Of a stretch of DNA of 64,000 nucleotides, positions 28,541 through 43,064 are shown one piece after another. The notes beneath the pieces were generated by a model that saw only the letters and a program-made list of their open reading frames with translations, was not told the DNA's origin and searched no databases. Position 1 is the first letter of the stretch. Every line of letters starts with the position of its first letter. This DNA is from the human T2T-CHM13v2.0 reference genome, Homo sapiens. The stretch is from NCBI RefSeq assembly GCF_009914755.1, contig NC_060932.1. One strand, 5' to 3'. A program made the position numbers and the translations under genes.

Positions 28541-29513
28541 CCATTTTGATACTCTTCATTTCTACAACCCGCAGACCATGTGGGTGAATGGGCTGTAAAA
28601 ATGATGTTCTTTTCCCCAATGTTTAAATAAATGTTAAAGCTATACCTTCAGATATTCTGAATTAACTGATTGTGATTACTTTTAATTCTAGTTGACTTCA
28701 AATGGTATTTTTGGAGTATCTGACCTCAAATACTCTGGTTGACCTCAAATAGTATTTGGGGTATTTGTGATCCCATTCTACATAGGATGGAATCGGTTAT
28801 CTGAATATGTTCTCAACCTATACAGAATAAATTGAATACATTATCAAGTTAATTGAAGCCCTGATTAAAACATAGACCTCTTTCCCCAACTCTCTGCAGG
28901 CATCTTTCAAATTATAACTGGATCACACTTTGGGTCATTTCCATACTTACTTCTCCACCACCCAGCTAGCTCACTTCACAGAATTATTTCCTATTCTCCA
29001 CTGATTAGTCTATCAATAGCTCGTGTTTTCTTGTCAAAGCAGAGTTCAGCTTATTAGAGAAAGATTTTACAAAATTTGTAGAATGTAAATTAAGCCAAAT
29101 CCCTTTGAGCATCTTCATTCTTTCCTACAACACTCCCCAAATGGTTGCACAGGGTCTGAACTTCTCTGTTATTACACATGTAACCTTATTAAACTTAGTA
29201 TTCAGGTGGCTCAAGCTTCTTCCAACTCTCAAATTCAAAACTTTTTTTTTTTTTTTTTTTTTTGCCATTCAGAGTAGGCATCAAAAATAAAAGCTTCCAA
29301 GATACTCCTACAAGACTTCAACAATGATGGGAAACATTTGAGGACACTAATTAGTTTCAGGATAATTACAAAAAGGCACTGATTATCTTGGATATGTTGC
29401 AATAGAAGTTCTGCAAAACATCTCATTTTTCATGATTGCATAAACAGAGGAAATTTGGAAAAACCCTACTACATGTTAACACATGCCACATCTTTCAGAA
29501 TACTACTGGGTGG

Positions 29514-29918
<405 letters not shown>

Positions 29919-30091
29919 TCAGGCCCCACCCTAGAACTGCTGACTATGAATCTCTAGAGGTGGGACTGGGGGTTAGCAAATTGAGGCTTTTAAAAATGAA
30001 ACAAAATAAAATTGTTATCATTGTTTCCAGTGCAGCTAAAGCTTGGAAGCATGGTTCTTAAGATGTCTTGTGGGAAATCCTGTTCCTCTAA

Positions 30092-30293
30092 AGCAGAGCC
30101 GTACAACAGGGCTTTCTACTGTGATGGAAATGTTCTAGATCTGTACTGTCCACTGCCCAGCGAAGTAGGCGTTAGGCCCATGTGGCTGCTGAACACTTAA
30201 AATGTGGCAAGCACGACTGAGGAACTAATTAAATTTTAATTAATTTAAATCACCACCTCTGATTAAAGCTAGCATATTGGGCAGCACAGGTCT
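30092..30293. mobile_element. MER3-like hAT-Charlie MITE
   Basis: TGTGATGGAAATGTTCTAGATCTGTACTGTCC...ACTGAGGAACTAATT motifs; similar copy at 54138-54335. Confidence 0.75.
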
Positions 30294-30903
30294 AGGGATA
30301 ATAATTACAAGAACAACAACTAATAATCGTACTTATTGACAACAACCCTGGGGTAGGTACTAGGTACTGTTATTCCTATTAAACCTATGAGGTAGGTCTT
30401 ATTACTTTCTCCTTTTTGTAGATGAGGAAACTAACACATTCAGTAAGTGATTATGAAAGAAATAGAACTGGAATTTGAATCCAGGCCTATCTGACTTTAA
30501 AGCCCCTACTTGTGACTATAACTTTGTACTGCTTCCTCAGAGACAGAGAGAAATGAAAGAATAGGCAAGAAAGCATAATAGAAAAGGGAAAACAGCAACT
30601 ATTATATGAAACTCAAAGTTAGATTTACTGGAAGACTTTTGTTGAGGGTACTAGCCACTATGACACCTGATGCCCTTTGATGAATGTCCGCAGGAGACCT
30701 GGAAGAGGTTGGCCTTAGAGCTCAGAACCAGAAAGAATTTGTCTTAGATTTCAGGATCAAGAACAATAACATTACAGACATTGTTAATTGTATAGTTTCC
30801 TGAGTGATGAAAAACACCGGGTTAAATATGGATGGAGTACAACTTAGCAAATGTGTAAGATTGCATGGTATGCGTTTACCTAGTAATGTTACCTAAGATT
30901 TGA

Positions 30904-31219
<316 letters not shown>

Positions 31220-31765
31220 TTTCCAGTCCCTTATTTAATCTTTGCCCAATTAAAAATTTTAAATTATCTATCTATATACCTATATATGTAAGTTTGGATG
31301 TCTATCATCATTTCTCTCTGTATGTTTTGGAGAGTGGCATGAAAGTTATTGATCACAGCAGCCTGAGCAGAACTGATTTTTGTTGGATCAGTGGCATAAC
31401 TGTGGGAAGTTCCTTGTCTCTGTAGAAACTACAGTGGACAAAGAGTGGACTTCAGAGTGACACAACCTAGAGTTGAAGTCAGATCTGTCATTTATTAGTT
31501 GTGTGATCTCGTGCAAGTTATTTGACCTTTTTTGAGAATTTGCTTCCTGATTTGTCAGGTTGACAAGGGAAATGGAAGGATTGGATGAGATAGGCAAAGT
31601 ATTGTGACACACATGGGGTACACACACAGTGCAATCAAAAGTTCTTCAAAACAATGAAACAATATTTACACCCATTATTCTATTCTACTTTATTTCATTT
31701 TTAAAATGCTGGTCTTGCCTGAATCAATTAATTGATTTTAGGACCCATAAAAAGTTTGTTTTTCA

Positions 31766-32065
31766 GGATGGGTGAGGTGGCTCATGCCTGTAATCCCAGC
31801 ACTTTGGGAAGTCAAGGCACATAGATCACTTGAGGTCAGGAGTTCGAGACCAGCCTGGCCAACATGGTAAAACCCCATCTCTACTAAAAAATACAAAAAT
31901 TAGCTGGGCATGGTGGCATGTGCCTGTAATTCCAGCTACTCAGGAGGCTGAGGCAGGAGAATTGCTTGAATCCGTGAGATGGAGGTCGCAGTGAGATCAC
32001 GCTATTGTACTCCAGCCCAGGTGACAAGAGCAAAACACTGTCTCAAAAAAAAAAAAAAAAAAAAA
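31766..32065 (+). mobile_element. AluS-type SINE
   Basis: full dimer; TSD TTTGTTTTTCA. Confidence 0.92.
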
Positions 32066-32380
32066 CAACTTTGTTTTTCAAAGTATGAAACTACTGACAC
32101 ATTAAATGACTGGCATATAGCAGGTCCTTAATACATACTGTACTATAGAAGGGTTCTTCCTTCTACACACATCTCCCATTTCTACCACCGACTTGCCCTT
32201 TCTAAGAGCTCTGTGTGAATGTGGCCTGTGCTCACTCAGCACTTCCATTCTGCCTCTGCCTCTTCATTCACACCAGGGCAGGGGCACTGGTCACTCTTCC
32301 CAGAACTGTCCCTTTGCTCCGCTTATCCCCAGCTCAATGCCTTTGGCTCCTGCTCTTTTTTACTGCCCTGGGTCTCTAGT

Positions 32381-32800
32381 TGATATAGTTTGGATGTTTT
32401 ATCCCCTCCAAATCTCATGTTGAAATGTAATCCCCAGTATGGAGGTGGGGCTTGGTGGAAGGTGTTTGGGTCTTGGGGGCGGATCCTTCATGAATAGCTT
32501 GGTTCCCTCCTCCTTTCAGTAATGAGTGAGCCCTTGCTTTGAATTCATGAGAGACCTGGTTGTTTAAAATAGTGCGGCACTTTCCTCTCCTCTCTATCTC
32601 TCTCCCCTCTCCTATTGCCATGTGATATCCCATTTGCCTTCCATCATAATTGGAAGCTTCCTGAGGTCCTCACCAGAAGCAGATGCCAGGACCATGCTTC
32701 CTGTACAGTCTGCAGAACTGGGAGCCAAAGTAAACCTCTTTTCTTTATAAATTACCCAGCCTCAGGCATTTCTTTATAGCAGGCCTAAAAGACTCACACA
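32381..32800 (+). mobile_element. MST-type MaLR solo LTR (MSTA/MSTB-like)
   Basis: TGATATAGTTTGGATG...CAAATCTCATGTTGAAATGTAATCCCCA...AAACCTCTTTTCTTTATAAATTACCCAG...ACA. Confidence 0.85.
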
Positions 32801-33213
32801 CCTGTTTTCTGATCAATCCTATTAACTGCCTAATATATTTCCAATAATTTTATTCTGTGATAGATTACTCGGAATCAGTTTCTGTTGTTTGTAACCAAGA
32901 GCACTACTCATTCATGCCTCAAAGTTCATTCCTCCAGGAAGCCACCCAGAGGTTACAGGTAGGAAAACTGTAACTGACTATCCAACTTACCAACTTTTCT
33001 TGAATGAAGGTAGGATAAGTCTTTCTATAATCAAAGCCTTAGGTTACATTTTAGTAGGGTATAGACCTCCTTAATTTAGAAGAATTTAAATTTGCTTCTG
33101 GAATTTTAACTATCCCCAGAGGCCAGTGATGAAAACTACTTTAAGGCCCCGGTGGAGTAGAGGGTTCATCTTCCCGTAACAATGTGTCCTTGGTAGCTCA
33201 CTGCAGTACTCAC

Positions 33214-33410
33214 CAGTGCTGATTTCAGCAATGAGTTCAGCAGAATTGTGGCAACCCTGTACTATGCTCCTTGTCCAGTGGGAGAGGTCCCTGCTGGTCT
33301 CTGCTCTGAAGAGATGTGTTTCAATCCCTTGCCTGGTACCAGTTCGCGTTGCAAAGGACAGATCCACACCAGCCTGGGGTGATCCCTTTCCTGGACCTGA
33401 ATGGACCAGC
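33214..33410 (-). CDS. SNTB1: SNTB1 coding exon (probably exon 5; PH2 domain)
   Basis: (TC)9 cag|G acceptor, G|gtgagt donor; LVHSGPGKGSPQAGVDLSFATRTGTRQGIETHLFRAETSRDLSHWTRSIVQGCHNSAELIAEIST. Confidence 0.96.
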
Positions 33411-34683
33411 CTGGAGAGAGAGAGAGAGAGACATCATCAAAATGGAGACTAGTTTATTCACCTGGCATATCACCTTGTATAAGACCCAAATTGGTGATCT
33501 GCTCTCATTTTTCTGGTCTGGAATCAAAGGGCTCCACTATACCCTGCTCTTCTGCCATCTCCTCTCCAATGAGGTTAAGATAGCACCCAAGAGCTGGGCA
33601 TCTGGACAAATATGCAAGGGAGTTCAATAACATGACTTTAATTTGTGCAAATTCAACTATAAGAAAAATAAATAAATGTGACGGAGAAAAGAATTTAAAT
33701 ACTGTGTAAAATTCTCTCTGAATATTCCTTTCCTGAGCATCTATATGTCCCAGCACAAGCATGAAATAAGACTGAGAATCTATTATTTCCTGGGTTAGGC
33801 TTCACTCCCCTGTGTCTCTTGTAGTTTGAACATCTGGCTGCATTGAATGTACTTCTGGGTATGGAATTTTTCATGCACGTAGCCCCTAAATGCAAACAAA
33901 CAAGCTGAAACTCAGTTGAAGCAATAGCCAGTGGTGTATCTGATAAAGCTCAAGGAAGAACTGGCAATGCTGGACTTCTTGAGAAGTGGTATGGAACTGC
34001 ACTTTAGGGGAGATTTTCAAGAGAGATTTTTACCACACAAGATTTTCACACTGACTTTTGAACTTACACTCAGCATAAAATGTGACTTCCATAGTAAATA
34101 TTTTCTGAAAGGCCAGACTTGAAAGAAGAAGAATCAAAGTGCTCTGAGGGCCACCTTCGGAGCAGGGGCTAGGTCCTACTTCTCATTCATTGCTTTTAAA
34201 CACTGGGATCTTTCATGTCTCTCCTACTCCTCGATATCTCAATCTCCTTTTGGGAGAGACTTTTATATCAACCATTTGCAGGGTAGCATAAGTCTAATTT
34301 AGTAAATGTGACTTCTTTCTAGGGTATTTGCATTTTCAATCTTATCTTTTAATCCAGAAAGCAACACTTTACAATTTACTAGAGAAATGCCAGGTGTCTA
34401 AGCATATGGTGGATACAAGAGTTATTTTCTTAGGCAAAAGGCTTGTTACCCCTAGATAAAAATTGCACAGAGGAAATACAAAAGCTTATGTTCTCTTATA
34501 AACCTAAATACTGTAGGAACAAAATTATCAGTAGAATAAAGCATATTATTACCTGTTGAATTTCTGGCAACAAGCTTGTTGTATAACTTGGAGGAGCTTT
34601 CTTTTACTTACAAAGTTAAAATTAGGCAAGAGGGGCGGTTTGCAATGCCAACTCAAAGAAAAAGTGTATTTGAAAAGCCTTTA

Positions 34684-35013
<330 letters not shown>

Positions 35014-35427
35014 AGAGAGATATGGAAGTTCTGTGAATCTCATTGAGAGTAGAGTCTAGGACAGTGTGAAGGGAAATGACTGCTGGCATGGGTGCCCACA
35101 CAAGGGGATTTAACATGTAGAGATTAAGCTCAATTCATTCAGGAGGGAGGAGGGCATTTTATAATAAGTGAGCAAGAGTCACTGAGAAGCTGCTAGAGGA
35201 TTCAAATGCAAGTGAGGCTAAAGAAAACAGAAAGCATTTCTCTGAAGCCTAGCATAGGCTTTAAAGGGAGTAAGGGTAAGGTAAAAATTCATTAAGAAAA
35301 GGTATCTACAAGGAGCAAAAATGTATACTGTGTTTTCTTATTTGCTCAAAAGTGTTTGTGTTTCAAAAAAAAGTTTTTAGACTTGAAAGTGTTTAAGCTT
35401 TAATTACTTTAAGAAATTAAATAGCTC

Positions 35428-35724
35428 GGCCAGGCGCGGTGGCTCACTCCTGTAATCCCAGCACTTTGGGAGGCCGAGGTGGATGTATCACGAGGTCAGG
35501 AGTTCAAGACAGCCTGGCCAAGATGGTGAAACCAACGTCTGTACTAAAAATACAAAAATTATCTGGACATGGTGGCACGCACCTGTAATTCCAGCTACTT
35601 GGGAGGCTGAGGCAGAAAACTGCTTGAACCTGGGAGGCGGAGGTTGCAGTGAGCCAAGATCGTGCCACTGCACTCCAGACTGGGTGACACAGTGAGACTC
35701 CATCTCAAAAAAAAAAAAAAAAAA
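35428..35724 (+). mobile_element. AluS-type SINE
   Basis: GGCCAGGCGCGG start, A-tail, TSD AAGAAATTAAATAG(C/G)TC. Confidence 0.93.
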
Positions 35725-35745
35725 GAAATTAAATAGGTCATGTGA

Positions 35746-35788
35746 GGTGCCATGGTGTAATGGTGAGCACTCTGTACTCTGAATCCAG
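35746..35788 (+). pseudogene. 3'-truncated (tailless) tRNA-Gln(CTG) retropseudogene, 5' 43 nt
   Basis: GGTGCCATGGTGTAATGGTGAGCACTCTGTACTCTGAATCCAG matches the 5' part of human tRNA-Gln-CTG (about 2 mismatches from memory); A-box TGGTGTAATGG, anticodon CTG at 35779-35781; no T-arm or B-box; flanked by direct repeats. Confidence 0.88.
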
Positions 35789-35976
35789 AAATTAAATAGC
35801 TCACCCTGCCTTTTTAAAATTTTAACATCTGTATCAGTTGAGCACAGCTGTCAGACTGCATGTTAAACTGAAAAAGGACATGGTTTGGGAGGCATACAAA
35901 GCTGTATTAGAACCCCATTTTGTCTGACATTTGTTAAACTTTTTAAGAATCACTACTTCTTAAAAAGTAAGGTCGT

Positions 35977-36243
<267 letters not shown>

Positions 36244-36823
36244 CTATCACAGAAACTAGCATATGGTTTGTGCTCCATTCTTACACCTACCCTTAGTTTC
36301 CTCATTTTAAAAATATAATACCTACCCCATAGGATTAGGATTAAATATAGTAAAATATACAGAGCACTTTGTTCAGTATTTAGTACATTATAGTCAGCAT
36401 TCAATAAAAACTGGTTCCCTTCCTCCTTCCCTGGCCTAACATGCTCTCATTTTCCATACCCTAAATTTCCATCCAGAGGACATCAACTCTGTCACGATCC
36501 AGAGCCAGCATAAATATATTGTAGAGGCAGAAGCAAAGTGAGAAAAAGATATGCCACTCTCATGGAGAATCTTAGGAGTTTCTGTGAATTTCCTACCAAT
36601 ATTTATTTTTCTCCAGAGAGACTATAAAATTGAAGTAAATAATAACTGGGAAAATGCAATTTGTTAGAAAATACACATTTGGTAGCTCAGGGTATGAGGA
36701 ATGGAATTACTAAGAGAAAGGAATGAGGTCTAAGAAAACCTGGAACCAAGCTGACCAATACCCTGAACAGGGAGAGCTTAATGGGGAAGTCCAGTGTGTT
36801 CGAGAAGTAATAATGAAGAAGGC

Positions 36824-37094
36824 TTTTATTTATTTATTTAGACAGAGTCACCCAGGCTGGAGTGCAGTGGTGTGATCTCAGCTCACTGCAACCTCCACCT
36901 CCTGGGTTCAAGCGATTCTCTGTCTCAGCCTCCCGAGTAGCTGGGATTACAGGTGTGCACCACCACACCCTGTTAATTTTTGTATTTTTAGTAGAGATGG
37001 GGTTTTGCCATGTTGGCCAGGCTGGTCTTGAACTCCTGCCTGCCTTGGCCTCCCAAAGTGCTGGGATTACAGGCATGAGCCGCTGCACCCGGCC
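36824..37094 (-). mobile_element. AluS-type SINE with small deletions
   Basis: antisense dimer, (TTTA)n tail. Confidence 0.9.
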
Positions 37095-37111
37095 AAAGGA
37101 AGCTTTTAGAG

Positions 37112-37605
37112 CAGCAGTGCCAATCTTTTTGGCACCAGGGACTGGTTTCCCCACCTTTTGGGATGAGATGGGGAATTGGGGATTGGTGGGAGATGGTTTT
37201 GGGATGATTCAAGCGCATTACATTTATTGTGCACTTTATTGCTATTATTATTACATTGTAATATATAATGAAATAATTATACAACTCACCATAATGTAGA
37301 ATCAGTGGGAGCCCTGCGCTTGTTTTACTGCAACTAGATGGTCCCATCTGGGGGTGATGATGCCTTATGAGAATCATCAGGCATTAGATTCTCATAAGGA
37401 GCAATAGAGTTAGAACTCTTGCGAGAATCTAACGCTGCAGCTGATCTGACAGGAGGCAGAGCTCAGGCGGTAATGCGAGCAATGGGGAGCGCTGTAAATA
37501 CAGATGAAGCTTTGCTTGCTAGCTGCTCACCTCCTGCTGTGCAGTCCCATTCCTAACAGGCCACAGACCGCTACAGGTCCATGGCCTGGGTCTTGGGGAC
37601 TCCTG
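37112..37605. mobile_element. MER1A-like hAT-Charlie DNA transposon
   Basis: CAGCAGTGCCAATCTTTTTGGCACCAGGGACTGGTTTC...TTGGGGACTCCTG termini; 8-bp TSD TTTTAGAG/TTTTACAG. Confidence 0.85.
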
Positions 37606-38142
37606 TTTTACAGGAAGGACTGTTGGTGTTCTGTATTATTCATCTCATCATAAAATTCTCATTGATTAATAAAAACAGAGAAGAGGAAAATTGATTTTTC
37701 AACTAACCAAGTGTAAATTCTCTAACATTTATATTAAAGAACCTTGATTTGCCATCTGAGGAACAGCAGACATGTTGAATTATGTGTCCTTTTGGATATG
37801 ATGATATTGGCTTAATGAAACGTATAGTACTGTATGTAAACTCTGAGATAAAGCAAATTGTCTTTTCACTACCTGGTGGGTATGCTGTAATAAAAGGATA
37901 CTTTTCCCAGATAAAACTCAAGTGAAATACATGAGCTATCTGCTGTATCCATGTGTGTGCATGTCCTCTGGATACAGCATTACACACCTTGAAATTATAA
38001 GTACTATGTGTAAATGTGGGAAAATGCATCTATATTCTGGAAAAGCTCTGTAAATGTAACTCAAGGATGTTAAAGAAAAGCTTGAAAACAAAACCATTAA
38101 AATGTAGAGCAATTTTATGGCTGATTTTATTTCTTCTTTTTA

Positions 38143-39142
<1,000 letters not shown>

Positions 39143-39501
39143 TAACACCTAATGCCCGCAGGCTATAGCTATGGAGTAGCCCTTCTCAGAATAAAGTTAA
39201 CTGATCCACGTGGGATGAAACCTATACCTGTGGCCTCATTAATCCCTTACACTGACACACTGGCCTCCAGCAAAGCAGATAGCAAAGATGCTGAGACCCG
39301 CCAGTTGAAGTTATAGGATCTTTTTGGACTCAGGGGTACTCTCAGAGGTCACAGAGAAGCTTCTTGCTTTGTTCAAGTCCTTTCTCCCTTCCTTACAAAA
39401 GAACACCAAAAATCACTCGCTAATTCATTCATTCATTCAATCAATCAATAAAGATTTCTTCATTCACCAAGTGATATACTCAACAAATATTTATGGAGCA
39501 C

Positions 39502-40506
39502 TGTTATGGACTGAATTGTGTCCTCATAAGATGCATATGTCAAAGCCCAATATGACAGTATTTGGAAATGGTGAAGTGGCTACCTTGCCTGGGGTATATC
39601 CCCGCCAGGAATATCCGGGGTTGTCCCGCGCCAGGAAAATTTAGAACACGGACATACACTAGGAGTTTAGGAGTGGAGGTTTAATAGGTAGAAGAGAAAG
39701 GGAAACAGCTTCTTCTATAGAGACAGGGGTCTCCGAGCAGAAAGGACCGGTTGGCAGCCAATGTGCTGAATTTTATAGTCCGGTTTGAGAAGGCGGTGTC
39801 TGATTTAGGCAGGACTCACAGATTGGTTCCATCAGGTATGACTTTTACATACTGCAGGGAAGGGCTGCTTGCCCTACCCTAATCTTCTTATGCAAATGGA
39901 CTTTCCAGTTGATCTGTGCCATCTTGTCTGCTTCTTGCTGTACACGTGGCCGGCAGAGAAGGGAAGATAGAGCCGCCATCTTGAAAATGTCTAGTCCGTA
40001 GTTCCTGCCGGCATTCACCCCTGAAAGCTCCCAGCTTGCTTGTTTATGTCTGCAGTTCAACTTACAGGCTGCTCTTTGTTAGAAAATGATTTGGGGCAGC
40101 TTTTCATTAAAAAGAACAGCCTTACTGAGGACTCCCATGCCCTTGCTATCTGCCTAAATAATTCCTTCTTAACCCCTATAGCAATAGGACCTACAAGGAG
40201 GTAATAAAGGTTAACTGAGGGGGTCCTAAGAGTGGGGCATTAATCCAACGGAACCGTGTTCTTATAAGAAGAGGAAGAGAAGCCAAAAATCTCTCCCCCT
40301 CCCGTGCACTCACAGAGGAAAGACCACGTGAGGACACAGAAAGAGGGCAGCCATCCGCAAGCCAGGAAGACAGTCCTCACCAGAAATCAATCCTGACAGC
40401 ACCGTGATCTTGGACTTCCAGCCTCCAGAACTGTGAAAACTAAATGTCTGTTGTTGGCACCACCCAGTCTGTGGTATTTTGTTATGGCCCCTCTAGTAGA
40501 CTAATA
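39502..40506 (+). mobile_element. MLT1A-type MaLR LTR split by an LTR10-like insertion
   Basis: TGTTATGGACTGAATTGTGTCC start; GGACTTCCAGCCTCCAGAACTGTGA 3' part; 5-bp TSD AGCAC. Confidence 0.82.
39572..40183 (-). mobile_element. LTR10-like ERV1 solo LTR
   Basis: TG...CA termini; GCGCCAGGAAAATTTAG, GGAGTTTAGGAGTGGAGGTTTAATAGG and CCTAATCTTCTTATGCAAAT motifs; near-TSD ATGG/ATAG. Confidence 0.72.
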
Positions 40507-43064
40507 AGCACCTACTCTACACAAACCCAAGTCTAGGTACGGTGTGAACAGAATAGGCATGGATTAAGCCTCAAGGAGACACAGCTTAAAAGGAGAAATA
40601 CTGTCTCCCCTCCTAATTCCCATGGCCTGTTTACTCCAAGTTAAGCTCCAGTTTTGGGGAGACTCATTGCTGGATTATGGAAGAGAGTCGGAACCCGCTT
40701 CTGGTAGATGACAAGCAAAGAACATGAGCCTGGTAGGGTGGATGGGTGGAGAATTATTCCTCCTCACTGGAGCAACCCGATCATTATAAAGATCTTCCTC
40801 CAGAGAGGGAATCTGAACTTTCAGGAAAAGCAAAATGGAGATCAGTGATTATGGCACAAAGACAAAGAAGGAATCTCACATTTATCAACATATTTGTTAT
40901 TTCATTCCTATTAAGGTGTTGGAAATAATAGATTTCACTTATTCTTTATATCATTCCCAATGAATTGCTTCTGATTATCAACAATAATAAGTTGGGGATG
41001 AAACATAGGAATGTGGACATTCATCACTATACTACCTTATAGTGACTGAACAGACAGCTGATTGCTGTACATATTATGGTATTGCAAAGATGAGTCAAGG
41101 CCATCAGACAAGATAAGATTAAGATCCTTTCTCTTTTGTTATGTGAGCCAGCAGGGCAATAGGAGTAGCGCCTCCAGAAAGAAATAGAGAAAACTAGTGG
41201 AATAATTCAATTTATAAATGCTCTGTGAAATCTTTCTCTTGAGATTAATTTGCATTGGCATATTACCAACTCCCAGCCAATAAATAATACTGGATATACA
41301 ATGTTGGATACTGTCTATCTAACAGCCTGCTTACTGATCATCTCCACTCTGATGGCTCACAGGCATATTAGACTCCAGATAAGCTACAGTCATATTGCAT
41401 AAGGCCTTTAAGATCTTAAGAACCCAATACTTGAGTTCTAAGTTAAGTAACACCAGGATTCCCAAAGGGCCATGTCTACTGCAAAGGAGAGGAAGTTTAT
41501 ACAGGGAGTCAAAACAGTATTCAAAAGAAATAGTCATTTAGATTGGAAATTGAGGGTCTATATACGGAAAGGTTTCCTAACAATGCCAAAGACAACATGA
41601 GTTTGTCTGGAAAAGAGAAGATTTTGTGTGAGGAATGGAAAAGAGGAAAGGGTAAGCATAAATGTTTGCATTATCTGTGGAAGTGTTCAAGCATGGGTTA
41701 GATATTGACTTCCCCAGGGATGTTAAGAATATTCTCCCCTCAAAAGCCCGTGTTTCCATCAAAGCCATCTCTGGACCTTGGCTAATCTAGGCGAGAAAAC
41801 CATACTTGGAGCAGATGTCTTGCTTCTTGGAAGCCAAGATGAAGTAAGTGCCCTTCCAGCAAGTCTGAGGTTGCCTAAGCTGGCAGCCAACAGAGGTTCT
41901 TGGGTGCTTACTCTGTAGGGGTTGTTGCTTATGTATCAGAGTTGACAGCTCCTGGGTAAGAAGATAGATGTTGGGGAAAACAAACTTCTGTTGCCAGCAA
42001 AGTGATCTACTGGAGCTCAAGACCATTTGCCATCTGATCTCCTCTTTGATCTCTTTCTGGAGATAGGCATCCCTCCTCTGTATTCCCACACATCATTATC
42101 AATCCATTTACCTTACTGTTTCATAATCACCACCTGATCTCTCTTACTAGACCTTGCTGTCTTTCAGGGTAGGAGCCTGGTCTCCTCTCTCTTTAACTCC
42201 CTGGAATCTAGCACATGGTAGGTGTTCAATAAATGTTGGCTGGGTAACTGCATGAATACATGTTTTTCAAAAGGTTTTTAACATGTGAATTCAGTTTTGC
42301 AAAGGAAAGTATACACATACACAAACACACAACACAACACAATTCTGAAATATTCTGACATTCAGGGCCAGTGAATTGGCCTCCTAATGTGCTCTTTATT
42401 TGTAGATCATACTTGGAAACACATTACTGTAGCCAGATTCTGGGAACTAAATACCAAGTAAATGTCAGCTGGACATTGAGATTTCACAAATCGTCATTTG
42501 GACATTTGAAAAGGTAAGGCTAAAACCTGTCTGCCTGGCTTTTTCCCATTCTGCCAGGAACAGTCTTTTTACATTCCTTCCAAGATTCTTCCCAATGATC
42601 TGTCTTGATCTGCAGTCTCAGGGGGACTCTGAAATTGCTATTATTTATATTTCAATTAATTTACATTTTAAGCTATGTGTGTATCCTTAAAAATATGACC
42701 ATCTGTCTCTTATATGTGGCAAGAACTATACTATAGTAACCAAGAAAATGCTGTCTCCCAAGAGAAGATAACTTTCTTACCCAGCCAGAAGAAAATACTG
42801 GCACCCTGGGACGGGGTTTGAAGCTGAATTTGAAGCTGAATTCACACCCAGTTTCTAAGTATTATCTGAAACTGCTTGAGAAACCCAAGGACATGCTTTG
42901 TTCTTCACAAAATTGATTAGTTACAAAATTCAGAAACACATTCCCATGGTTGGAAGCAAAGCTACAAATCCCAGAAAGATTTTACATTTCCTATTAGCCA
43001 GGGGTGTGAATAAGTGAAAAAATAAATAGGACCGTATAATATCAGAGAGGGGCAACAGAATGAA

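Noticed and set aside
35746-35788. Functional tRNA-Gln gene
   Set aside because: Lacks the variable loop, T-arm/B-box and 3' acceptor strand, and has a mismatch in the anticodon stem; treated as a pseudogene.
39983-40050. p53 response element in the LTR10-like LTR
   Set aside because: Some LTR10 subfamilies carry p53 sites, but here the best half-site GAAAATGTCT lacks the invariant C and no intact RRRCWWGYYY pair is visible.
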